The notes under the pieces: generated by a model | What the model was told of the DNA's origin: nothing | The model's input: only the letters and a program-made list of their open reading frames with translations | Database searches by the model: none | Shown: positions 12,218 through 23,856 of the stretch, piece by piece | Layout of the letters: the number at the start of each line of letters is the position of its first letter | Numbering within the stretch: the stretch's first letter is position 1 | Position numbers and translations under genes: made by a program | From: Octopus sinensis | Taxonomy: Eukaryota | Length of the DNA: 64,000 nt | Assembly (NCBI RefSeq): GCF_006345805.1 | Contig: NC_043011.1 | Coordinates: 30,454,464 to 30,518,463 of the forward strand | Reading direction: 5' to 3'

Positions 12218-13441
12218 GACAACATGGTGAGTAAAAGCAACAGTGCAGAGGAAGCTATGGATGATGCAGGAGAATTTGTGGAGTGATAGATGCGATGAAA
12301 TCCAAGAAGCTTCAAATGCTAACAATTTCAAACTTTTTACTCTCTCTTGAAAAAAGGTTTTGGGCCAGTTTCACCAAAGGTTGCGCCACTTCGGAGCAAG
12401 GATGACACAGAATTATTAACAAATCCTAAAGATATTGTTGGGAGATGGAGAGTTGCTCAATAGATCAACCGAGGATCTCTCTTTTCTTGATAATATACCC
12501 GAGAGACCAATAAAACATCTTATAGCAGAAACACCAAACCTGGCTGAAATAAAAGCAGCAATCAGGAAATTGAACAATCGAAAGGCCCCTGGTATGGATG
12601 GACTAGGTGCAGAGATATATAAACATGGTGGGGATCATCTTTGTGTAATGTTGACGGATGTGATTCAGAGGATTTGGTAAAGTGAAGAGGTTACTCTGGA
12701 TTGGCGTAATGCAACTATGGAGATACTATATAAATCTAAAGGTGGAAAGGATGTCTGTGATAATTATCACGGCTTCTGTCAGTTAGCTGTTGCTGGAAAG
12801 GTCAACTGTAGGGTAATGCTGGATAGATTGCTTCTGCACATTGCTGATGAGGTTCTACCTGAATCGCAATGTGGGTTTAGGGATAGTAGGAGTACTATGG
12901 ATATGATATTTTCGGCTAGACAGTTGCAAGAAAAGTGCATCGAACAGGATATGAACTTATACCAGGTTTTCATTGACCTAACAATAGCGTTTGCATTCTA
13001 TCTATCCCTTACAGAGATTATATGCAATATCTCCCATGATGAAAAAGTTGTCCTTTTGGGTGATTTTAATGCTCGCGTTGGTGCAGATTGGGAGACTTGG
13101 GGGTGTCCTAGGAAATCATAAGGTTGGGAATTCCAACAGTAATGGTTTGCTACTGTTACAAACGTGCGTAGAAATGGATTTGTGTGTCATGAATACAATA
13201 TTTCGACTAAAGAATAAGTATAAAACGACATGGATGCACCTTTGTTCTGAGAAATGGCATCTTATAGATTACATCCTCACCAGGAAACGAGATACTAGGG
13301 ACTTAGCTATTGTACGAGTGATGCATGGTGCAGAGTGCTGGACTGATCATAGGCTTTTGCGTGCCAAGGTGAATTTTGTTGTCAAGTCTAAGGTAAGAGC
13401 AAATAATGTCAAATTACCTACACGGATGAATGTGAATAAAC
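12218..13441 (+). pseudogene. RTE-clade LINE remnant, rearranged: linker plus RT N-half (12218-12992) followed by APE endonuclease C-half (12993-13441)
   Basis: KAPGMDG..AEIYK, LPESQCGFR, DMIFSARQLQEKCIEQ, FIDLTIAF, then LLGDFNARVG, NSNGLLLL, WHLIDYIL, TDHRLL; stops and frameshifts present. Confidence 0.92.
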
Positions 13442-13534
13442 ATACAAACTTACATACACACACACATACATACATACATACATACATACATACATACATA
13501 CATACATACATACATACATACATACATACATACA

Positions 13535-13561
<27 letters not shown>

Positions 13562-13566
<5 letters not shown>

Positions 13567-13730
13567 CGTCGGGATTCTACTAATTTTCCCCGCTACGAAA
13601 TTCATTCACAAGCCATTGGTCAGCCCGGGATTATCGTAGAAGTCATTTGACCGAGGTGCTACTCGGTAGAACTGAACTCGAAACTACACGGTTGTAAAGC
13701 AAGTGTTTTAACTATACAACCGTGATTGCA
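13562..13730 (-). mobile_element. SINE family B 5' portion, diverged
   Basis: aaattcattcacaagccattggtcagcccggg...gtagaagtcatttgaccgaggtgc. Confidence 0.7.
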
Positions 13731-14150
13731 CCGATAGAAAAATTAATGTTCCTATGGTGGGAAACGAACTCGGACCGCCCTTTTTTTGAAATATTTGAAA
13801 GTTGTGAAGTGTTTGCCTTTGTGTATCGTTTTTTATTATTTTTATTTTGGAAATAAATCTTGCGAGCGGCATGTGCAAAAACGTGCTATTTCAAGATCAC
13901 GTTTTTAATTTTACATCCGGCTTTCATGGAAATATTTCAAACGTTTTAAACACCAAATCAGGTCAATCTAATAACTTTACCAATGAAATTGCATTGTTGC
14001 TTAAGTAATATTTTAAAGCAATATCTTTAATTTTTTTTCCAAAATGTGTGTATGTGTGCGTGCGTTTGATTATATACATATATACATACATACAGGTAAA
14101 TGCATATGCATATATTCTCATATATTCACTTATTCATTTAGAGATGTTAA

Positions 14151-14189
<39 letters not shown>

Positions 14190-14920
14190 GCATGCATACA
14201 CATAGAAACAAAAATATATTTATACATGTATGTGCACACATATTCACACTAATACATATATACATGCTTGTGTGTTAATTAAGTATTTTGAAACCAAGAC
14301 TTTTGTCTCCCCGAACCGGGATGAAATTCAAGGTGGATGGCATTTACATGCAAAGATACTTAGCCCTTTTCACCCTAGGCGCAAACAATTCCATTCTAGC
14401 TTGCTTATATCGAGGCTCCGTAAATATATCTCAGATGTTTCTTTCGTACAACTGTAGCCATAAACAAGCATGTACTGATATCTCAACACATGTTACCACA
14501 TTTTTTTATAGCCCTTAGCGATATCGTTAATAACGTTTATAATGTGATTGGTTTGTTTGTTCCCCGTAAATTGCTTTCAAACTTGTTTAAGAAAAATTCT
14601 AAACAGTAATTATCCTACATTATCTTTGTCGGATCGGTATACGAAAATATATGAAAGTTGGGTGATGGTAGTGATGGCTGCGTCGGTTTGTTTACATTTT
14701 TATAAGTGTGTATGACAGATTTTGGTTGCTTTTGAATATATTCACAATCAACTACCATCAAAGGAAACGGAATAACCATTGTTGCCTATTGTAGTAGCTG
14801 TTTTGCTGAAAAGTGGCTAAAGTTTGAATGTACTTTATTCCTCTGTTATTTGCCAGGATTTTTCATAACACTGGAGTACATGATGATTTAAAGACAAAGA
14901 GCAAATGAAGTGAGAATATA

Positions 14921-15438
14921 TACCGTAAATCCTCGAGTATAGTCCACCCTTGAGTATAATAAGTAGGGGAATTTTAGGGGGTTGTACCTCTGAAAAACCT
15001 AAACCTTGTGTATAATACGCACCTCTTCTCTAACTTGAGTCGTGCGTAATTAAGCCAACAGCACCTAGTCGAACAAACACTTCCGCGCATGCGTAATACA
15101 ATAATGGTAATCTTCCTAACTGTTAAATGGGAATGTAAATATGTCTGCAAATTGTTTTTGTTACATGTTTTTCCGTGTTCTGAATACTTGTATTTTAATA
15201 AATGTTGCTTACTGTAAGTTATAGACGATTCTTTTATGAATTCATTGCTTTCAGGCTTAAGTATTTTCGCGCCCGACATCACAAAATGCGTCTGAATAAA
15301 CATTGCCGGACAGCAAATAGAGACTCGGACATTGCTTAGAAGATTTTTTTCATTTTAACCTCATATATAGTACGCACTAGGGAATTTGACCTTTAAATTT
15401 TGGGGGAAAATGCGGATTATACTCGAGGATTTACGGTA
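14921..15438. mobile_element. Non-autonomous Tc1/mariner-superfamily DNA transposon (Tc2/pogo-type ends)
   Basis: TIRs ccgtaaatcctcgagtata / tatactcgaggatttacgg with TA on both sides. Confidence 0.9.
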
Positions 15439-16368
15439 CATCGTCTTAGCTCACAGTTGTGGTAGGACTATAGTATTAGTATTAGTGTAGTTGTTGTTGT
15501 TATCAATGTAGCCATGATTATATAAGCGAAACTGCAAATGATGAAAAATACAATTTAAAATTTAGTCTGAATGACATTAAATTGGTGAGTGAAGAATGTG
15601 ATGTAAACTTTTGATTGGTCCTATTAGTTTACACCTAGTGGATCAATTAAGTGACTAATTCACTGTTGTGATTTGCTTGGTAGGAAACACTGTTTTGGGT
15701 CTCGAGATTTCAAACACGAACTATATTTCATCCACATAAAAATATTCTCCGTTGATTTGTCATCTGAGAAACGCATCTCTGTCAGAAAAATTGAAGTAAT
15801 GGAATGAATAAAACTAATTAAAAATAAAAAAGTAGCAAGTTATAAAACTATGCAATTAGAGAAACAGGTATGAAATTACTAAATAATTATAGCAAATATT
15901 CAAAATGGATCTCTTCTTCCTGCGAGTAAACTCACAGCTGGCGATAATATTTTTCATTGCTTGTTCCGGTATTTCCAAAATAATAACTTCAAATTTCCGT
16001 ATTATTTTTTTTTAGTTCAATATTACGAGTTAATCAATATTATGAGGTTTTGGTACCGTACATGATATTTAGTGTGCACTAAATGGATCTGTGTTCAGGT
16101 TATTAATGGCTCTGCGGCTTCAACCTTTTATCGTTTTTATAATACAATTTCAGCATCTCTGAAATTTGTTGTAGGATAGAAATGACAAATTTAGCGCCCA
16201 GATACAACAGAGAGAAACTAAAATAATTCAATATTCAATTCTCTGTCTCTCCGTCTCCCTTCCCCTCTCTTTCTCTTTCTTTCTCTCTCTCTCTCTCACT
16301 CTCTTTTTCTCTCTATCTCTCTCCCACACACACACAGACATATGTATATGTATATATATATATGTATG

Positions 16369-16402
<34 letters not shown>

Positions 16403-16450
16403 TGTATGTATGTATGTATGTATGTATGTATGTGTATATATATATATATA

Positions 16451-17413
16451 ATTACATTATATAATTATTTTTTTGCCACATACTGAACTTAGTAGAAATA
16501 GCAGCCAAAAAAAATTTTTTTAGCCGTTTCTACTACTTAAAGAAAATTTCTCTCAGATAATGTTTACTCCAGACAGCTCACGAAGGTTTGGAGGTAAATA
16601 CAGAAAAATATCACAAGTACATAGATCGTTTGAGTACGTTAACGTTTCAAGATTAGCCAAGTAAAATCATATAATGTAAAAATTTTTTTTGGCTGCTATT
16701 TCTACTAAGTTCAGTATGTGGCAAAGTAATTTATTTTATTTTACTAAGCCCTAATTATATAATGTAATATTTTGAATTCGCCTTAAATGGTCCTTTTACA
16801 TACTGAACACTTGGTGAAATTGATTAATTAATTTTACCCTCAATTGTTGATATTATAATTCATTTCTCTCTGTCATACTGCCTCGGTTCTCGCGGTTAAA
16901 ATATAATGTTTGCTAGATAGACCACGTGGGTGGCAAAGGAGTGCAGAGATTTACGCCTGCGCATTTTGAATTTGTTAGCACTGTCAGTCGGAGCTGGTTC
17001 ATTTGAAGCGACAAGTTCGCAGATAGGTAAGGTTCCTTCTTTTTAGTGTTTCCAAATCCAAATTAAGAAATTTTGAGCTGACGAAAGAAATGCTGATTTT
17101 ACTTGGCTAATCTTGAAACGTTAACGTACTCAAACGATCTATGTACTTGTGATATTTTTCTGTATTTACCTCCAAACCTTCGTGAGCTGTCTGGAGTAAA
17201 CATTATCTGAGAGAAATTTTCTTTAAGTAGTAGAAACGGCTAAAAAAATTTTTTTTGGCTGCTATTTCTACTAAGTTCAGTATGTGGCAAAGTAATTTAT
17301 TTTATTTTACTAAGCCCTAATTATATAATGTAATATTTTGAATTCGCCTTAAATGGTCCTTTTACATACTGAACACTTGGTGAAATTGATTAATTAATTT
17401 TACCCTCAATTGT

Positions 17414-17419
<6 letters not shown>
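16451..17419 (+). mobile_element. Young non-coding Penelope-like/retrozyme-like element: inverted 5' arm plus terminally redundant ~566-nt unit
   Basis: 16679-16853 is directly repeated at 17245-17419 (offset 566); 16472-16669 is the reverse complement of ~17094-17291; flanked by (TA)n; contains an HHR. Confidence 0.85.
17072..17134 (+). ncRNA. Type I hammerhead ribozyme, canonical core
   Basis: TTTGAG-CTGACGA-AAGA(22 nt)TCTT-GAAA-CGTTAACG-TA-CTCAAA: 6-bp stem I, 4-bp stem II, palindromic stem III; predicted cleavage after GUA at 17128. Confidence 0.88.
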
Positions 17420-17451
<32 letters not shown>

Positions 17452-17454
<3 letters not shown>

Positions 17455-17652
17455 GGAGTAAGCACATAAATGTGAAACAAGGTGGAAAAAAGAGTACTCA
17501 AATACCAGAGGTAGAGTAATATGGTCTATTTTATAGCAGCAGAAATATAACAAAAGCTGTTACTCAGAGTTTCACGTTCCCGTCCGTCCGACGGACGGGA
17601 ACGTAAAACTCGAAAAACAGCTTTTGTTATATTTCTGCTGCTTTTAAATAAA

Positions 17653-17655
<3 letters not shown>
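17452..17655. mobile_element. Fold-back Penelope-like fragment with HHR-like halves meeting at the palindrome centre (~17589)
   Basis: gcagcagaaatataacaaaagctgt...cgttcccgtccgtc | gacggacgggaacg...acagcttttgttatatttctgctgc; minus arm reads gacgg-acg ggaa cgt-GAAA-ctc t gag-TA-acag; related fragment at 30905-30985. Confidence 0.65.
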
Positions 17656-17701
<46 letters not shown>

Positions 17702-17714
17702 ATATATCTACATA

Positions 17715-17900
17715 TAGATCGCTAGCCACTACACAATCTTAATTTCCTCTCTCCTTGTTTCTTTCTGTGTTCCTTTCTGTGGAAGAGCGTAGGCTCGAAA
17801 CGTTAAAGACTTTTTCACTTCCCGAGCGCTATACTAATACATCTGTTTGTCTTCTACACCATCTGCCTTCGTCTTTTGTTTTTTTTAATGAATTCTCCCT
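17715..17900 (+). mobile_element. Family H2 short element with HHR-like motif at 17773-17808
   Basis: cttt-CTGTGGA-A-gagc gtag gctc-GAAACGTT-aaag. Confidence 0.75.
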
Positions 17901-17903
17901 ACA

Positions 17904-18048
17904 TATTAGGTTGTCCCAAAAGTTCGTAAACACTTGCGAAAATTGAATTTTTACTTGCCAAGTACTAACAAAAACAACAAAAATTATTCCTCAAAATAGA
18001 GACCATTATTTTCCAAGACTTTCTACGAACTTTTGGGACAACCTTATA
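17904..18048. mobile_element. Mariner-type MITE
   Basis: TIRs aggttgtcccaaaagttcgta / tacgaacttttgggacaacct, TA flanks. Confidence 0.88.
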
Positions 18049-18251
18049 TATATACTCACACATATATCTACAGTAAATTAACTATTTAGGGAAGTACTCA
18101 GTACAATGTAGAGTGCAGTAGTTTATCTAGGCCGCACTTGTTGCTTTAGAATTTCCACAGAATACAACCATTCGAAACATATCAAGCTGGATGGAAGTAA
18201 AGCAAAAACAGTAGGAGTACATAGTGCAAAACTAATAACATTAACAGCAAT

Positions 18252-18408
18252 AACGACGACGATGATGATGATGATGATGATTATGGTGATGATGATGATG
18301 ATGACAACGACGACGACGATGATGATGATGATTATGATGGTGATGGTGGTGGTGGTGGTGGTGGTGGTGGTGGTGATGGTGATGGCGACGAGGATAAGGA
18401 TAACATTT

Positions 18409-18465
<57 letters not shown>

Positions 18466-18480
18466 CAGTAGTAGTAGTGA
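18252..18480. repeat. Compound trinucleotide microsatellite (GAC/GAT/GGT/AGT)
   Basis: Directly visible. Confidence 0.95.
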
Positions 18481-18875
18481 AAACAGCATCTACAGCAACA
18501 GCAAGTTCGTAAAGGAAAGGACACATGTGAATCGCTAAACAAGGATATATATATACACCATTAGTTTCTAACATGCACACGCACGCGGTACTTGTGTTTG
18601 AGAAAGATTTACTAATTAAAGATAAAAGATTCCAGCTACTTTGGTGGAACCATATACTGAAGTGGTGGTGTTGGTGGTTGTGGGAATTAAATTGTCTCTC
18701 TTTCTATCTCATCCCGTTTGTAAAGTGGTGAGGCTTCTCTATAATACATTAATTTGTCAACGAAGGCTCTCCTCACTAATGCTTCATTAAAATGTCTGGC
18801 TGTGTTGAAAATCTCTCTACTGGTCGAAAATTTGTGATTCTCTTGCTGAGGCCTGTGTCTATATTTCTAATTACA

Positions 18876-19093
18876 CAAAGCGGCGAGCTGGCAGAATCGT
18901 TGCTGCGCCGGGCAAAATGATTAGCGGCATTTCGACTGCTCTTACGTTTTGACTTCAACTTCTGCCAAAGGTTGACTTTGTCTTTCATCCTTTCAGGGGC
19001 TGATAAAATAAGTAACAGTTGCACACTGGGGTCAATGTAATCGACTATCCCCCTCACTCGAAATTGCTGGTCTTGTGCCAAAATTTGAAATCA
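18876..19093 (+). mobile_element. SINE family A, full length with TSD
   Basis: 15-bp TSD atatttctaattaca at 18861-18875 and 19094-19108. Confidence 0.93.
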
Positions 19094-19115
19094 ATATTTC
19101 TAATTACAGTTATAA

Positions 19116-19542
19116 GGGCAGGAGTGGGTGTGTGGTAAGTAGCTTGCTTACCAACCACATGGTTCCGGGTTCAGTCCCACTGCGTGACACCTTGGGCAAA
19201 TGTCTTCTACTATTGCTTTGGCCGTTCAAAGCCTTGTGAGTGGATTTGGTAGACGGAAACTGAAAGAAGCCCGTCGTATATATGTATATATATACTTATA
19301 TATGTATATATATGTATGTATGTGTATATGTTTGTGTGTCTGTGTTTGTCACCCCAACATCGCTTGACAACTGATGCTGGTGTGTTTACGTCCCCGTAAC
19401 TTAATGGTTCGGCAAAAGACTCCGATAGAATAAGTACTAGGCTTACAAAGAATAAGTCTTGGTGTCGATTTGCTTGACTAAAGGCGGTGCTCCAGCATGG
19501 CCACAGTCAAATGACTGAAACAAGTAAAAGAGTAAAGAGAGA
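19116..19542 (+). mobile_element. SINE family B, full length
   Basis: tRNA-like head gtgtggtaagtagcttg...ggttcagtccc, CORE-like caccttgggcaa, internal (TA/TG)n, (aaagagt)-like tail. Confidence 0.93.
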
Positions 19543-19787
19543 GTTAGTGAGTGGTTGGAGTTCCTACTGATGTAAACGGTTTCCTTGGTGGTGCTTTATC
19601 CGGAGGTTCCACGCCATATCCCAATCTGTCACTGTTGAAATCCCACTAAGCGCCGAATAGGGGTATATTCTCCCTCTTAAATACTATGATCTATAGAGCT
19701 AGTCACACGCCGTCGGATGATATTTATTAAATGAAAGTATACAGGCCTAACTGCCATTGATGTCAAGGTAATATTTACTTAACGTAA

Positions 19788-20005
19788 AGGCTGCGAGCTT
19801 GCAGAAACATTAGCATGCCGGGTGAAATACTTCGCAGCCTTTCGTCTGTCTTCATGTTCTGAGTTCAAATTCCACCGATGTCGACTTCGCCTTTTATCTT
19901 TTTGGGGTCGATAAATAAGTACCAATTGAGCATTAGGGGTTGTTGAAATCGACTTACTCGCTCCCCCGAAATTGCTTCCCTTGTGTCAAAATATTTCAAA
20001 TCATT
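19788..20005 (+). mobile_element. SINE family A copy
   Basis: ggctgcgagcttgcagaaacattagc...gtcgacttcgccttttatc. Confidence 0.85.
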
Positions 20006-20792
20006 ATTTACAGAAGATGTGCACGCTTCCACGTACACGGACAGAAAAATCTTTACATGACTGACCTTCATCTAGAGACATCACATGGTACATCCTTTAC
20101 AGGGCCTCTCATTGATCATCTAGATAATAAATCTCCCCGAAAGTTATAGATCACAGCAGTATACAAGCACATAGTATATGCCGTTAAAAATTACATCCTT
20201 TTTACTTACATTTTTCTAGTGCTTACTGCTACTGTACGCTTGAATGGAAATTCCTAAAGCAATATAAAATGACGAGTCTATATTTAGGAAAATGATACAT
20301 TATTCATGTTGAGGATATTGTAACTTGAGTTACAGTTTCATTGTTCTTTTCTCCCTTATTGTTATTGATCAGTGGACTACAGTTTTGCTTCTTATAAAGC
20401 AACATAAAGCTAACTTTTTTCTCTAACTCGCACTCGTTTTAATTTTCTAATTCTTACTGAATCCCCGCGTGTCTGTCACTCACTTTCATTATACTTCCTA
20501 TCAATCACTTCTGTTTGTCATTTTCCAGACTCCCACTTCCCTACTCAGTGTTTGGCTTGACAGCACATAAATACACATTTCTAATTATCATATGGCTAAA
20601 TGTATATGGTTAAATGTACACATACACTCACACACATATATGTATTTATAAATAACTAATATAGACATTATCTATACACGTGTAATGAACAACAATCATA
20701 GATGTATGGAATATAATAAGATAACTTGTAATATAATTTTACATGAGACATCTTTACAGCTGTTTCGATGTATTTTGTGAATAGCAGATATT

Positions 20793-21413
20793 CTTTTCTT
20801 TTCTGCTCTAGGCACAAGGCCCAAAATTAGGGGGAGAGGGCCTGTCGATTAGATCGACCCTAGTACGCAACTAGTATTTAATTCATCGAACCCGAAAGGA
20901 TAAAAGGCAAAGTCGACCTCGGCGGAATTTGAATTCAGAACGTAAAGGCAGAAGAAATACCACTAAGCATTTCGCCCTCGAGCTAACATTTCTTATTTCT
21001 TTACTGCCCACACGTAGCTACATACAGAGAGGACAAACCAGGACAGACAAACGAATTAAGTCGATTATATCTACCCCAGTGCGTAACTGGTACTTATTTA
21101 ATCGACCCCGAAAAGATGAAAGGCAAAGTCGACCTCGGCGAAATTTGAACTCAGAACGTAGCGGCAGACGAAATACCTATTTCTTTACTACCCACAAGGG
21201 GCTAAACACAGAGGGCACAAACAAGGACAGATAAACGGATTAAGTCGATTCCATCGATCCCAGTGCGTAACTGATACTTATTTAATTGACCCCGAAAGAA
21301 TGAAAGGCAAAGTCGACCTCGGCCAAATTTGAACTGAGAAAGTAGCGGCAGACGAAATAACGCTAAGCTCTTCGCTCGGCCTGCTAACGTTTCTGCCAGC
21401 TCGCCGCCTTCTT
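20793..21413 (-). mobile_element. SINE family A trimer bounded by a single TSD
   Basis: TSD tgaatag(c/t)agatatt at 20778-20792 and 21414-21428; three body units and two different tail types. Confidence 0.9.
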
Positions 21414-21549
21414 TGAATAGTAGATATTATGACGTACATTATGCAGTTAGGTGTAACATTATAAGATAATATTACCCCAAAACAGATGAGACATAACATC
21501 AATATATATGAACTATGGTACCTTCAAAATACATGGTACCTTCAAAACA

Positions 21550-22556
21550 TCATCTTCAGAAGGGTCATCATGTTCGGTCACTTCTTAATAGATTCGCTAA
21601 ACTTTTGGAGTGGCTCAATATACCGCTCGCTATTCACAGTACAGCCGCAATCCTGAAAATGAAGGAGAATGACGCCTTTGTCATCATCAAAACCGCCATG
21701 ACTTTCTGCATCAGTCGTTGGCTCTTGAATTTCTCAGGCTTGAAGATGTATGATGGAATTCCATTTACTGAGCTTTCGTTCCCAGTCCATAAAAATATCT
21801 CCTGTCACCAGATCGAATAATAAATGAATCTTCATTACTTTCAAAAGCTCCAATCAGATTAGAGCAGACTTTCACACTTATCACTTTCAAATTGAGTATC
21901 AGCTCCGAAGTACCCACTTTGCATGCACTCCCCGATACCCAAAATCTTCCACCATCACTGAGACGTCAATGAACTGAGCTGCAGGCTTACAGATTGTGGG
22001 GTCGGCTGTTCACACTAGCTGGCGATTCGTGTTAGTGTCCTCCAACCGCGTGATTTGCCCTTAATACTGTTCATTTCATTATTCACCTTCTGCATTTATC
22101 TGTGTGGAGGCGCGTGGCTTAGTGGTTAGGGTGTCAGCACCATGATCATAAGATTGTGGTTTCGATTCCTGGACCGGACGACTCAAAACTGAGTAACGCT
22201 GCGATGGACTGGCGTCCCGTCCAGCTGGGGAATACATACGTCATAGAAACAGGGAAACCGGGCCCATGAGCCTGGCTAGGCTTTAAAAAAAAGGGTGCAC
22301 ATATCTGTGCACATTGCTCTTATCAATGGCGTCATCTCCATAAACAACGTATATCATTTTCTGGATATCAAACAGCCTGCACCCCTTCATCATGAACTCA
22401 AAGACGGCACGTTCCTTCTGCTTGGAACCAGTTAGTTGCCTTCAATGAAGAACAGGAATAAGAATGGCTCCATCATATGCAATTTGAATGACCACTGCCA
22501 GTTTATAAAAAATGTTATGCAGACTTTCGCCTTACTTTCGGTACAATCCGCCTATG
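21550..22556 (-). pseudogene. Decayed mariner transposase with its 5' TIR, interrupted by a SINE
   Basis: Minus strand: KERAVFEF..VYGDDAIDKSNVHR (HTH), GYRGVHAKWVLR (WVPR-like), VTGD, KFKSQ..QKVMA..DDKGVILL..G.TVNSERYIE; TIR-like end next to (TATG)n. Confidence 0.88.
22105..22301 (+). mobile_element. SINE family C-related copy nested in the mariner remnant
   Basis: tggcttagtggttagg...gtttcgattcc; 8-bp TSD tatctgtg at 22097-22104 and 22302-22309. Confidence 0.88.
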
Positions 22557-22560
22557 TATG

Positions 22561-22594
<34 letters not shown>

Positions 22595-23856
22595 TGTATG
22601 TATGCATGATGTGTGTATGTATGTATGTGTGTGTATGTATGTATGTATGTATGTATGCATGTATGCATGTATGTATGTATGCATGATGTATGTATGTATG
22701 TATGTATGTATGTATGTATGTATGTATGTATGTATGTATGTATGTATGTATGCATGATGTGTGTATGTATGTATGATGTGTGTATGTATGTATGTGTGTG
22801 TATGTATGTATGTATGTATGTATGTATGTATGTATGTATGTATGTATGTATGTATGTATGTATGTATGTATGTATGTATGTATGTATGTATGTATGCATG
22901 ATGTGTGTATGTATGTATGATGTGTGTATGTATGTATGATGTGTGTATGTATGTATGTGTGTGTATGTATGTATGTATGTATGTATGCATGTATGTATGT
23001 ATGTATGTATGTATGTATGTATGTATGTATGTATGTATGTATGCATGATGTGTGTATGTATGTATGATGTGTGTATGTATGTATGATGTGTGTATGTATG
23101 TATGTGTGTGTATGTATGTATGTATGTATGTATGTATGTATGTTATGTATGTATGTATGTATGCATGTATGTATGTATGTATGTATGTATGTATGTATGT
23201 GTATGTATGTATGTATGTATGTATGTATGCATGATGTGTGTATGTATGTATGATGTGTGTATGTATGTATGTGTGTGTATGTATTATGTATGTATGTATG
23301 TGTATGTATGTAGTATGTATGTATGTATGTATGTATGTATGTATGCATGATGTGTGTATGTATGTATGATGTGTGTATGTATGTATGTGTGTGTATGTAT
23401 GTATGTATGTATGTATGCATGTATGTATGTATGTATGTATGTATGTATGTATGTATGTATGTATGTGTGTATGTATGTATGCATGATGTGTGTATGTATG
23501 TATGATGTGTGTATGTATGTATGTGTGTGTATGTATGTATGTATGTATGCATGTATGTATGTATGTATGTATGTATGTATGTATGTATGTATGTATGTAT
23601 GTATGTATGTATGTATGCATGATGTGTGTATGTATGTATGATGTGTGTATGTATGTATGTGTGTGTATGTATGTATGTATGTATGTATGCATGTATGTAT
23701 GTATGTATGTATGTATGTATGTATGTATGCATGATGTGTGTATGTATGCATGATGTGTGTATGTATGTATGATGTGTGTATGTATGTATGATGTGTGTAT
23801 GTATGTATGTGTGTGTATGTATGTATGTATGTATGTATGTATGTATGTATGTATGT
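22553..23856. repeat. 1.3-kb (TATG)n array with higher-order units
   Basis: The marker gcatgatgtgtgtatg recurs about every 110-190 bp. Confidence 0.95.

Noticed and set aside
18241-18580. Poly-His/Leu/Thr ORFs
   Set aside because: Compound trinucleotide microsatellite.
21515-21820. 101-aa + strand ORF
   Set aside because: Antisense to the mariner transposase remnant.
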